A stretch of 64,000 bases of DNA, taken from contig JABIGM010000035.1 of assembly GCA_018650165.1 (NCBI GenBank), positions 1 to 64,000 on the forward strand. The letters run 5' to 3'. The notes beneath the pieces were generated by a model. It saw only the letters and a list, made by a program, of their open reading frames with translations. It was not told where the DNA came from and ran no database searches. This document shows, piece by piece, positions 49,936 through 59,416 of this stretch (position 1 is the first letter of the stretch; every line of letters starts with the position of its first letter). A program made the translations under genes and the position numbers. The stretch comes from Methanobacteriota archaeon. Its GTDB lineage: Archaea > Thermoplasmatota > Poseidoniia > Poseidoniales > Poseidoniaceae.

Positions 49936-51120
49936 ATGGGTCACAGTGGTGATTGTTTCCTCGTGCCGGGGACAGTTCGTATGAATCAGGCGTGCTTAGA
50001 AGCGATGGCCGGCCCTACCATTACAGCAAGGGGTGGCGAATTCCGAGAGGTCATGGCCCGTCTAAACAGTGGGCTGCGCTATACATTCAACCTGTCTCCA
50101 TCTTCGGATTTAAAGAAAAACCAATCATGGTCAGGGGATGATGATTACAAAGTCATAGTAGTTTCAGGTTCAGGAACAGCCGCCATGGAAATGGTCATGG
50201 CCAATCGATTTCGTCGTAACGATAGAGTTCTAGTTCCTACCAATGGTAAATTTGGAGAGCGTGTTGCTGAAATGGGTTCGCGCTTTTGTATTGTTAAGCA
50301 CTTGAAATATGAGTGGGGTCGTTCTTTCGATCTGGGTGAGGTTGAGGAACAATTGGCTAGAGGTAACTGGGAGGCAGTTGCTATTTGTCATAACGAAACT
50401 TCGACAGGAATCACCCAAGATGCAGTTGAAATCGCAGAAATGTGCAAAAAGTATGGTGTCGCACTGATTATTGATGGAATCACAAGTGTTGGTGGATTAC
50501 CTGTTTATCCTGAAGAATGGGGTGCAGAAGCAGTAGTCGTTGGGGCTCAAAAATGTACAGCCGGTCCAAGCGGCATCGCAGCAATTGCAGTGAGTTCCCA
50601 TTTCATCGACCGATGTACTGCAATTAGAAACCAAGGAGATTCAAACCCTACTTACTATCTTGATATTCTTGCAGCATTGAAAAAAGGTGATGATGACCAA
50701 ACACCTTGGACTCCTGCGATCAATCTAGCGATGGGTTGGGCTGTCGCACTTGAGACTCTCAAAAGTGAAGGGCTTGAACAGCGATGGAATCGATGTTTGC
50801 ACATGGCGAAGGGTGTCAGGACATTGTTTGGTGACCTCGGCTTTGAATTGCTTGCAGATGAATATGCACGCTCAGCTACTGTGACAGCAATCATGTATCC
50901 GGATGGCGTTGATGATTCTTGGCGTACACTATTACGTGAGAAATATGAAACTCAAGTTATTGGTGCTCAAGACCATCTTAAGGGCAAAATGTTCCGTGTT
51001 GGTAGCATGGGCGAAACACCTCTTTCAGAAATGGTTGAGGGTTGTAAAAGAATGCTAGAATGTTTTCGAGAATGTGGCCATGATTTACCAGAGACAGATG
51101 TGGAATCATATTTCCAGTGA
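49936..51120 (+). CDS. Class V aminotransferase (alanine--glyoxylate/serine--pyruvate-like)
   Basis: LVPGTV, SGSGTAAME, NGKFGER, HNETSTG, DGITS, GAQKCTAGPSG, FRVGSMG; ATG 49936. Confidence 0.9.
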   Translation: MGHSGDCFLVPGTVRMNQACLEAMAGPTITARGGEFREVMARLNSGLRYTFNLSPSSDLKKNQSWSGDDDYKVIVVSGSGTAAMEMVMANRFRRNDRVLVPTNGKFGERVAEMGSRFCIVKHLKYEWGRSFDLGEVEEQLARGNWEAVAICHNETSTGITQDAVEIAEMCKKYGVALIIDGITSVGGLPVYPEEWGAEAVVVGAQKCTAGPSGIAAIAVSSHFIDRCTAIRNQGDSNPTYYLDILAALKKGDDDQTPWTPAINLAMGWAVALETLKSEGLEQRWNRCLHMAKGVRTLFGDLGFELLADEYARSATVTAIMYPDGVDDSWRTLLREKYETQVIGAQDHLKGKMFRVGSMGETPLSEMVEGCKRMLECFRECGHDLPETDVESYFQ

Positions 51121-51656
51121 TTACAATGAATATTGTGCTTGGTCGTTTTCAACCATTCCATAAAGGGCATGCCTATTTGGTAAATGCCGCTTTGGAACTT
51201 GGACCAACAATTATTGCAATAGGTTCCAGTGAAGCGGAACTTAGTTTGGATAACCCATGGACTGCCTCCGAAAGAGAAGCAATGATACAGGCTTGGTTAG
51301 GTGAAAGGGATGCAAAAATCGTGCAAATACCTGATATTAACGATCCACCAAATTGGGTTGCACACGCAACCGAATACCATGGTAAAGGGACACTGGTCAC
51401 CAGTGATGTTTCTACAAGGGAACTTTATGAAAAATCGGGATTCAAAATCGAGTGGGTTGACCTATCCCACCGAGAATCATTCGAAGGATGGAGGGTCCGT
51501 GTGACTTTGAAAATGCTTTCAACAGTGTATGAGGTAGATGCGCAAAAAGAAGTAATGTCTGCATCTATCCCGCTAGATGTTGTGAATTGGTTGACTGATA
51601 ATGACGCACTCCACCGACTTTATTCGATGTCTCAGGGCTTGGAACATGCGGGATAA
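51117..51656 (+). CDS. nadM: Nicotinamide-nucleotide adenylyltransferase (NadM-like)
   Basis: GRFQPFHKGH, IGSS, NPWTASER, IPDINDPPNWV. Confidence 0.85.
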   Translation: MITMNIVLGRFQPFHKGHAYLVNAALELGPTIIAIGSSEAELSLDNPWTASEREAMIQAWLGERDAKIVQIPDINDPPNWVAHATEYHGKGTLVTSDVSTRELYEKSGFKIEWVDLSHRESFEGWRVRVTLKMLSTVYEVDAQKEVMSASIPLDVVNWLTDNDALHRLYSMSQGLEHAG

Positions 51657-51697
51657 CGCATGTCAAGACTTATCACTACGGTAGTGCACGTGAGGAT

Positions 51698-51925
51698 GTG
51701 AACCTCCTGAAAAAGTTTGGAATCATGGCCGCCGGTCTTGGTATCAGTGGTGCCATTGGCGCCATTTCAGGGATTCTCCTTCTTTATGTTCTAATCGATG
51801 CAGCAATTGCCGGGGCTGATAATCCTGTTTGGCTTTACCTTGCAGGTGCAGTCGGGGTAATTGTCGGAGGAATTTGTTTCAAAATTGTCCTCTGGGCCGG
51901 TAAAAGTAGTAAGTCAATACGGTAG
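51698..51925 (+). CDS. Small two-TM membrane protein
   Basis: 75 aa, Gly-rich hydrophobic hairpin, GTG start. Confidence 0.6.
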   Translation: MNLLKKFGIMAAGLGISGAIGAISGILLLYVLIDAAIAGADNPVWLYLAGAVGVIVGGICFKIVLWAGKSSKSIR

Positions 51926-51991
51926 TTTAGAGAATTCTCAATGAGTGTTTGACACGAGACTTTCATAAATTGCCGGAACTACCATTGCCGC

Positions 51992-53701
51992 ATGGGTCTC
52001 AAAGAGCGTTTTGGAATTGACCTAGCAGTTTTCAAAGAGGGAACTACTTGGAAGGCATTTTTGATAGGCCTTGTAATGTTCTCGGCCATTGGATATGCTG
52101 GTCTTTCAATGTTTGATCTAGCCTCTTCAGGTTATGGGGTTGACAGAGACAATATTCGCTTAGCACCTGATTTCGAAGTCGAAACTGTAAATCGTTCAGT
52201 GGAAGAAGTCGGCTATGTTGATGAAGAGGGCTGGTTTAAGCTGTCAGACCATCGTGGCAAAGTAGTCGTTGTTGATTTCATGGCTGTCGATTGTGCTAAT
52301 TGTCATCTTGTTCAGGAACACCTCGAAACTCAAATTGATGATTGGAGGGCTCATGACGGGGACTATGAAATAATAATTATTTCAGTTGGAATGTGGTATT
52401 CGTTGGAAGACCTAGATATGTTGAACGAAACATTTGGTGATTCAGAATCTAGTTCTCATATGCCTTGGATTGTAGCCACTGGCCAAGATGATTCTGTTTT
52501 GAAAAACGAAGTAATCAGTTCCGGTATAGGTAATTCTTCACTATCTCTTAACGACGGTGCGTATTGCTTAGACGCATGGGTTAATAATTCTGGAAGGGCA
52601 AAATCTTGTATTGATATTGGAAACAACAAGTACAGTCAAGATAATGATGGTTTGACTAGTAATGTGGCTGGTATTGATATTCAATTTGAGGAGAATTCAT
52701 CTCTCAATTTTACTATTGAAACCTCGCTGGAAGGAAATGTCAGTTGGGAATTAATTGAGTATTCACGTGGCGACATGGTAGAGGAATATCAAGCACAAGC
52801 GATTCCTGTCGTTTTGGTAATTGACCATGAAGGGTTCATTGTTGCAAAAGAGAATTCGGGAACACCGACTGGAGGTTGGGGCGATTTTGATGAAACCGTA
52901 GTTGCAGCAGCAGATGGTGAGACTGAAAATTTAAGATTCTCATTGGCAAAAGTAGACCGCTCACCAGGGGCAATATTTTCAATGGGACTATTGCTTGGAG
53001 TATTGGTCTACTTTTCCCCTTGTGCATTCCCGATATTACCGGGGTACATCTCTTACTACATCGGGCTTGGCCAGCGTGAAGATGAATTAATCGAGGCTGG
53101 TAAACTGGAAAGTAAAATGCCTGCGCACTGGATTTTAGGTGGATTGGCAGCGATGGGGCAGTTGACATTCTTTGCAATAATCGGCATCGTAGTATTTGGT
53201 CTTGGTAGTGTGATAAACCTCTCGGGAGTATTGCATTACTTCGCTCTGGCCGTTGCAATTCTGTTAATTGTTCTTGGAGCATTCATGCTGACAGGAGGAA
53301 CTGCCCATCTACTCGGCTTCGTTCAGAAATTGGTTGACAAGTATTCGACGACGGAAATGGATGACCGTTTTACCCCTAAGAGAAACATGTACCTCTGGGG
53401 CATTGGTTATTCTGCCGCTTCAATAGATTGCACTGCTGCGGCAGTTATTCCTTTCATTGCTTATCTCGCAGTAATCGGAGGTGTAGCAACATGGACTGGA
53501 CTTGGTGGCCTGATGCTATCTGTGAGTCTGTTAATGATCACAGTTACTACAGTTGTTGGATTGGGTCAGCAACAATTCATTACAATATTGAGGCGTTCAA
53601 CAGGTCTCATCAAGGCCATAGGTGCATGGATGATGATGATGGCAGGAATCGCTCTGACATTCTACTTGACTCAACCTGAATTGATTGCAAGTTGGTTGTG
53701 A
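51992..53701 (+). CDS. Redoxin (TlpA/ResA-like) fused to CcdA/DsbD transmembrane domain
   Basis: GKVVVVDFMAVDCANC, AIPVVLVIDHEG, FSPCAFPILPGY, SIDCTAA. Confidence 0.85.
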   Translation: MGLKERFGIDLAVFKEGTTWKAFLIGLVMFSAIGYAGLSMFDLASSGYGVDRDNIRLAPDFEVETVNRSVEEVGYVDEEGWFKLSDHRGKVVVVDFMAVDCANCHLVQEHLETQIDDWRAHDGDYEIIIISVGMWYSLEDLDMLNETFGDSESSSHMPWIVATGQDDSVLKNEVISSGIGNSSLSLNDGAYCLDAWVNNSGRAKSCIDIGNNKYSQDNDGLTSNVAGIDIQFEENSSLNFTIETSLEGNVSWELIEYSRGDMVEEYQAQAIPVVLVIDHEGFIVAKENSGTPTGGWGDFDETVVAAADGETENLRFSLAKVDRSPGAIFSMGLLLGVLVYFSPCAFPILPGYISYYIGLGQREDELIEAGKLESKMPAHWILGGLAAMGQLTFFAIIGIVVFGLGSVINLSGVLHYFALAVAILLIVLGAFMLTGGTAHLLGFVQKLVDKYSTTEMDDRFTPKRNMYLWGIGYSAASIDCTAAAVIPFIAYLAVIGGVATWTGLGGLMLSVSLLMITVTTVVGLGQQQFITILRRSTGLIKAIGAWMMMMAGIALTFYLTQPELIASWL

Positions 53702-53824
53702 AGTTCTTACTTGGACTACAATCCATTTCAATACCCACCTTCTCCATGAATTAATTGTTCAGTATGAAGACGGTCAAAATATTATAAATATCGTTCAATC
53801 TATTTCTATCATTTACAGTAGTGG

Positions 53825-54550
53825 CTAATCGCCAGAGAATGCTTCTTTCCATTCTTCGGTATGAGATTCTTTCATAGCAGGTAAGCACATCCAGTACCAG
53901 CAGAATAAACCAGTAATTATTCCAGTGGCTAAATCAAAAAAGAAATGCTGTTTTGTTGTCATCACAGAGATACAAAGTGCAACCCATGCCATCCAAGTAA
54001 GAACTTCTTTCCAACCAAATATAATTCTCCAATGCCTCAGTAGCATTACTATCATCAGCGATTGAACAACATGAAGGCTAGGCCAAGCATTGTATGGCAT
54101 ATCGGTGTTATGCATGATGTCTCCAAACCAGAACCCCCAGAAACCTTCCCCTGCCCTTACATCTGATGGGATTTGGTCACGAATGTATACCTCTGTAGGA
54201 AATATTATGAAAATCAAATTGACAAACCAAGTCATGACAAATAGGGCCTGATAGAATGCGAACATTTCTCTAATTCGCTCATCACTACTTCTGCCAAACC
54301 ACGCAGCAGCAGGATAGTACAGATACAGCGTCAGATAAATTATGAATGTCCAACCAATAAATGGAACCCAAGAATCAATCGGAAGTATGGGGTCGATTAC
54401 AGATCTGTCAAAGAGACCCATGATTTGGTTGATTATAGAATAAGGCAATGCCATCGCAGCAAATAGCGTTACAATGGTGTACCAAAAAATCCTCTTGTTA
54501 CCTCTCTCACGCCAGTGGGGTTGCCAAAACCTCCACGGGTGCTTGAACAT
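53825..54550 (-). CDS. PAP2-superfamily (AUR1-like) membrane protein
   Basis: IIFPT, NAWPSLHVV, TKQHFFFD; ATG 54550 avoids overlap with the upstream gene. Confidence 0.85.
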   Translation of the reverse strand: MFKHPWRFWQPHWRERGNKRIFWYTIVTLFAAMALPYSIINQIMGLFDRSVIDPILPIDSWVPFIGWTFIIYLTLYLYYPAAAWFGRSSDERIREMFAFYQALFVMTWFVNLIFIIFPTEVYIRDQIPSDVRAGEGFWGFWFGDIMHNTDMPYNAWPSLHVVQSLMIVMLLRHWRIIFGWKEVLTWMAWVALCISVMTTKQHFFFDLATGIITGLFCWYWMCLPAMKESHTEEWKEAFSGD

Positions 54551-54575
54551 GGCATTGCGGTATACTTCTATCTTT

Positions 54576-55778
54576 TCAGGCAATCGGCGAACCACAACTT
54601 GGGCAAGCGTTCCAACCAGGTGAAAGACTGGTCCCACACGCACATGTTTGTTGCGCCATATTTGGATTAGGTGCTCCCGAACTATCTACTGCTTTCTGTG
54701 CAGTTTGTTGTTTCAGAAATTCTTGCATTACTTCAGGAGTTAGTGCACCATTATTTGCAGCCATCTCCATCATTTTAGTCTGTAAATCATTTTGCTGTTC
54801 CATCCTCTGATTTTGAAAGTTCTGTTGACTAGCGATTCGTTCTGCCTTACGGTCCTGAACACCTGCAAACATATCCATTGCACGCTTTGTTTTCGCATCA
54901 GCTTCCTCATTCCGCATTTCCATTTTTCCACGCTCATGCGTGCGCTCAGCATTCCAACGTGCCTCTTGTGCTCGAAGTTCTTTAAGTTCAGTTTCTAATT
55001 CGATAGTAACCTTTCCTTGAGCACGCGCCCTTGCAACGTTTGTTTCCATCTCAATCCTTGCTAAAGTCAAAGTTTCTGTTTGAGAATAGTGTGCTAGTTG
55101 AGCCTCGACATTTGCTTGTGTTCCTGCAGTCTTTGCCTGAACGGATGCACGATGCTTCATCACGAGTTCCATATCTGTTGGATTAGTGATTGGGAATGCT
55201 TTCAGAAGAGTAAACCCAAGATTTGAGAGCAGATTTCGCATTCCTGATTCAGCAGTCATTTCAAACCGGTCAAGGAATGAACCTGCCCTAAGGTCTGCGG
55301 CTGTAGCACAAGATGCTAGGCAAGGCGTTACAACCCTTGCATTGACTTCTGAAGCAATAATTGAAATGAGTCCATCTCGATTTAGAACCGGAGAATTATT
55401 TGCAAAATAGTTCAATAGTTTTGGAACATCCTCAAGATTCATTCGCATACGAAGATTAGCAAATCCCTTTACTGCTTCACCATCGGCAAGTTGCCCTTCG
55501 AATGGGATCCAATAATCCATGGGGCCAGTCATTGCAAAAAGTAAACGGCGGTCACTTGCAGTCACTCCCATCTTGTCGCCAATCCATCGGCTAAAACCTC
55601 CAGCCATATTTTTGAGTAAAGTTTCGGTTAGAATGTCTCCAATGCGACCATCAACAATCATAGCACAAGCTTCGTTTGGCTTTAGTAGAACTTGCTGAGT
55701 AGAAACAGTCTGAATTTCATTGGCATTTATCAAACGTGCTATTGTATCGGGGCTATCTCTCCACCTATAATCACTCAT
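54576..55778 (-). CDS. SPFH/Band-7 (YdjI-like) protein with coiled coil and C-terminal Zn ribbon
   Basis: VLLKPNEACAMIVDGRIGD, Ala/Glu/Gln-rich flotillin-like coil, CACG...CPSCG. Confidence 0.75.
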   Translation of the reverse strand: MSDYRWRDSPDTIARLINANEIQTVSTQQVLLKPNEACAMIVDGRIGDILTETLLKNMAGGFSRWIGDKMGVTASDRRLLFAMTGPMDYWIPFEGQLADGEAVKGFANLRMRMNLEDVPKLLNYFANNSPVLNRDGLISIIASEVNARVVTPCLASCATAADLRAGSFLDRFEMTAESGMRNLLSNLGFTLLKAFPITNPTDMELVMKHRASVQAKTAGTQANVEAQLAHYSQTETLTLARIEMETNVARARAQGKVTIELETELKELRAQEARWNAERTHERGKMEMRNEEADAKTKRAMDMFAGVQDRKAERIASQQNFQNQRMEQQNDLQTKMMEMAANNGALTPEVMQEFLKQQTAQKAVDSSGAPNPNMAQQTCACGTSLSPGWNACPSCGSPIA

Positions 55779-55782
55779 AATA

Positions 55783-56346
55783 TCACTTCTTTACTTCTTT
55801 TTGTTTTAATCCTGCTAGAATTTTTGCTCGTGCACCATAAAATCCACGACAACTCGACAACATCTGGGTTGTTTGCATGATTAGTTGCTTGGGGTCACCT
55901 TCAGATGTTGCGATTGAATGTTCTGAACTATTTGCCAAATTTATCGCCTTAGTCACCATTTCAATTACTTCATGGTCGTGCTTTATTAACTTCTTCAAGT
56001 CCTTATTTGATGGAGACCTTTGACCTGATAGAAAAGCATGCTCCATACCAGATGCTGATTTGGCAATATCTTCTATTAAGTAATCACATTCTTCCATGCA
56101 CTGCTTTGCAGCTCGTGCCAATTCGAAATTTTCTTCTTTGAACTGGAGGTCAAAAATATTCTGCACATGACTACGAACTCTAGTTCCTGCACGTGTAATT
56201 TCTTCACGGATTATTTTATCATTTTCGAATCGGGAACCTTTGGTATATCCATTATATCCCGTTAGAACGAGTTGTACGCCACGAATGTAAGGTAAAACAT
56301 CAAGTGGAGTCCCAATCATAGTTGTCCCTGATACTATTAGGTTCAC
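55783..56346 (-). CDS. Hypothetical all-helical protein
   Basis: GYNGY...ENDKIIREEI; amphipathic helices; 4 nt from the SPFH gene. Confidence 0.75.
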   Translation of the reverse strand: MNLIVSGTTMIGTPLDVLPYIRGVQLVLTGYNGYTKGSRFENDKIIREEITRAGTRVRSHVQNIFDLQFKEENFELARAAKQCMEECDYLIEDIAKSASGMEHAFLSGQRSPSNKDLKKLIKHDHEVIEMVTKAINLANSSEHSIATSEGDPKQLIMQTTQMLSSCRGFYGARAKILAGLKQKEVKK

Positions 56347-56408
56347 ACTACCATATGATGCTAACGCATAAATCGTACAATTATTACAAAATTAGAGCAT
56401 CAAGAGTC

Positions 56409-57866
56409 CTAATTTGAGTGAGAACGTTTCAGGTATTCCGAGCCAATAATCGTCACTATGCCCGAACCGATTAGTGCAGATAAGAAAACTCCGAGATTGG
56501 CCAGTCCAAATTCATTGGTTGGTGAAATTATGAGTCCTATGCCCGTCGTAATAGAATCACTAGTGATGAGGCCATAAATGACTACAGAAAGCAATCCGAA
56601 GACCGCTCCAGCCAGTGATGCTCTCGAGTCAATCCGCTCCCATAGAGTTAGTAATACTGGCAGGACTGTAGCCGCAGCAAGCAAATCTGCAAACAGGAAA
56701 ATTCCAAATACACTTGCGGCATTGAACGTGAATCCCAAAATCGTAGGTCCAGTTGCTAAGAATATAGCTAGGGGTATCATTGCAATAGTCGTAATTCGAG
56801 CCTGTTTCAAATTCATTTTGCCATCGGAAAGGTCTCTGGTGACCGATGCGGAAATTGCATTTTGCAGCGTATCAACACTAGAACAAACCAGCGCGATTCC
56901 AAGTACAATAAACCCTGCAATAACTAGTTCGTGTACATCACCCAATAGTACGAAGAATGCTGCTGAAGGGTCGGAAATTGTGCCCTTGGCTGCAGCAACA
57001 GTACCCAAGACTCCCATGATGAAGACTAATGGCAATGCTAAGCTAGCCGCAAGTATGGCACCTTTCTTGAGAGCTGCTTCATCCTCAGAAGCCCATGCTC
57101 TCTGCCAGTTACCTTGGGAAAACATTTCAGCAGCAGTAATGGCAACGACAAGTGCTAACCCCGAACTGAATGAATCCATGTATGACATGCTTCCAATACT
57201 CCAATTTTCATCACCCTCGGGGTTGTACGCTTTTGCATCAGAAAACAGTGAACTTAGGTCCCCTGCAAACAGAATGAGTAGGAGCGTAACGATGAGCCAT
57301 AGCACTACCCACGCCTGAATTCGATCAGTTCTAAGCGACGCGGGCAGCCCACCGTATGCGGTATATGCTGCTGTGACCATACCCACAGCCAGCATAGGAA
57401 TGAGTGGGTCCATATCAGAAAGAACATTCATCGCCTTGCCAATTGCCGTAAACTCTGCAAACAGGAACGTAAACATGTATGTCACTGAAATGATGCCAAC
57501 ATAGATTTGCATAGGTCTGCCAATTCGCATTCTTACGTAATCGGCAAGCGTCACACCATCTGGCAATTTTCGACGAATCATCGGACCAACATACGCAAGC
57601 AGTATGAAAGGAGTGGCTGCTGATACTGCGTACCCAACAACATCCCAGAATCCACCCCAATATCCTACTTCCGAAGGTCCAAACAGAATCCAAATACCCA
57701 TTCCCGAAGCGAAGAGGCTAAGACCAATTCCCTGCCAATTCTGCGTACCTCTTGCAGATAGATATTCATCGGTATCAATTTCCTTTTTTGCCGCTGCGAG
57801 ATACCCAGTATACCCGAAGAAACCAAGAGTTACACACATTAATCCATATGCAAGGTAAATATCCAT
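56409..57866 (-). CDS. Sodium:solute symporter (SSS) family transporter
   Basis: SLFASGMGIWILFGP, YTAYGGLPASLRTDRIQ, WQRAWA, SSVDT; about 13 TM helices. Confidence 0.9.
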   Translation of the reverse strand: MDIYLAYGLMCVTLGFFGYTGYLAAAKKEIDTDEYLSARGTQNWQGIGLSLFASGMGIWILFGPSEVGYWGGFWDVVGYAVSAATPFILLAYVGPMIRRKLPDGVTLADYVRMRIGRPMQIYVGIISVTYMFTFLFAEFTAIGKAMNVLSDMDPLIPMLAVGMVTAAYTAYGGLPASLRTDRIQAWVVLWLIVTLLLILFAGDLSSLFSDAKAYNPEGDENWSIGSMSYMDSFSSGLALVVAITAAEMFSQGNWQRAWASEDEAALKKGAILAASLALPLVFIMGVLGTVAAAKGTISDPSAAFFVLLGDVHELVIAGFIVLGIALVCSSVDTLQNAISASVTRDLSDGKMNLKQARITTIAMIPLAIFLATGPTILGFTFNAASVFGIFLFADLLAAATVLPVLLTLWERIDSRASLAGAVFGLLSVVIYGLITSDSITTGIGLIISPTNEFGLANLGVFLSALIGSGIVTIIGSEYLKRSHSN

Positions 57867-57875
57867 CTGTCTCCC

Positions 57876-58712
57876 TCAATTTAGAAGTGAAATAATTCTG
57901 TGCATTCGGTCGACTAACTCCAGCGGATTGTGTGCAAGGATGTACAATGCAGGCTCCCAGCCAAAAGCACCCTCGTCAAGAATTATATCGATTCCTTGGT
58001 GCGGAACTAATTCCCCCTTAGGGGCGAATGTAAGGTTTAGATCGAGCCCTTCACATATCGTCTCAATTTTATCCTTATCATCACCGGGATGAATATTCAA
58101 TATTGCAGTTTTTGCATTATCGTGGACTCTAGCATCAAGCAGCATATTTGCTAGATGGTGCGATGCGCCAAATGCAGGGGTCTCGTGATGCCTCAGTTTA
58201 TTTTCAACAATCGTAACTTTGCCAGGGAATGCAGCTACCTCTGCAGTAGATCTCGATGATTCCAAACAGCAAGCAATATTCATTCCAACGGCTGGCATTT
58301 GTTTGCGCAATCGATTCACATCGATTCGTGATACCGCCCATTCCAATCGCTTTAGTAATGCGGTTTGTTCTTGGTCGGAGTCGAGATCTGTTCCCGTCAA
58401 TGATTTGTCAAACCGCAGTACTTGGCCCGGCGCAAATGCGATTTCCATAACAAAACGCGTCCGACTTGGTTTTGCTTTTGGGCCAAGTTGACGAAGGGCC
58501 ATTGATATTTCATGGGCCCATCCATCTATTGTTGATTCGTCAGACGTTCCTGCCAATGCGGGAAAGTCTCGATGTGCCATTCTTGAGATAGTCGATTGGG
58601 TAGAGCCAAGTATATTGGCTATTTCAGCCTGCGACCAATCTGCTGCTCGCAAGTTTCTGGCAAGTTGCATATGTAATCGCTCTAGCCATGTGGCGCCATC
58701 TACTCCTAGCAT
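57876..58712 (-). CDS. thiR: ThiR-like regulator: HTH fused to a ThiN (thiamine-phosphate-synthase-like) domain
   Basis: HTH WSQAEIANILGSTQSTISR; ThiN-like PAVGMNIA, VAAFPGK, FGASHHLA, DEGAFGWEPALYIL. Confidence 0.78.
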   Translation of the reverse strand: MLGVDGATWLERLHMQLARNLRAADWSQAEIANILGSTQSTISRMAHRDFPALAGTSDESTIDGWAHEISMALRQLGPKAKPSRTRFVMEIAFAPGQVLRFDKSLTGTDLDSDQEQTALLKRLEWAVSRIDVNRLRKQMPAVGMNIACCLESSRSTAEVAAFPGKVTIVENKLRHHETPAFGASHHLANMLLDARVHDNAKTAILNIHPGDDKDKIETICEGLDLNLTFAPKGELVPHQGIDIILDEGAFGWEPALYILAHNPLELVDRMHRIISLLN

Positions 58713-59320
58713 GTTTGCTGCTGCACTAACTTGCTATTCAATGTTACTAGCGTAAAATGCATAATGCATGCGATTCTTTTAAGCACCAGTTTATTCTGAC
58801 AATCCTCCGATTTCATATTTAGTTATTTAATGGCTACCAGTCTCTTGTTTAACTTCAGATTTAGAGGATGTGTGGGATGTTCAAAAAATATGAATTTTCT
58901 GCCCGTAGATTTACGCAGTAATCGACATTACAAATATTCTAACATCAGGACGAATATAGGTGACATAATACCTGCTTACCCGATATGCATTAGCAATTAT
59001 GCACTTCCACAAAACAGATTACTCCGCTACAGTAATATGTCCTTTCCCCAAATATGATACCATTTTACGCCATTATAAATCAGTTGGTTTCTCATATTTA
59101 TTTCCACCTCCAATCTCGTATTTTTTACCCAAATATTTCGAATAATTCAGACGAATATTCGAAATTCCACACAATTAGAGGTTCTGAGGTGATAATTACA
59201 TTAATTCTGCTTGTAACATCGTATTGATAATGGTAAATTACCGTAAAATTCTTTACATTCTAATTTACTTGTACATCTGCCTGAGCCACAGGGTTCTAAA
59301 CCCGCCTACGCTGGCATTGA
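58713..59320. other. Long AT-rich divergent intergenic region (~600 bp)
   Basis: By far the largest non-coding gap in the window; the two small ORFs in it look non-coding; contains inverted repeats. Confidence 0.7.
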
Positions 59321-59416
59321 ATTGGAGGGGTAACTGTCGACACCGAGGAATTCTTAAACGCGGTTCTAGTAAGAATCAAATCTCATCTCGAAGCAAATGG
59401 CACTATTGTAGATTCT

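Noticed and set aside
59000-59171. DnaA-box-like 9-mers (ACTTCCACA, ATTTCCACC, AATTCCACA)
   Set aside because: Only 7/9 matches, expected by chance in AT-rich DNA; the DnaA-like protein lacks the box-binding domain IV
59303-59320. Minus-strand AATGCCAGCGTAGG, matching the 3' part of the TPP riboswitch consensus, on the same strand as the thiamine-related operon
   Set aside because: The required upstream CTGG (P5 partner), GAACCTGA and CTGAGA elements are absent in the right order. It lies ~600 nt from thiR, and the rest of the aptamer would overlap the decarboxylase 5' end. An Infernal search with the TPP model would settle it.
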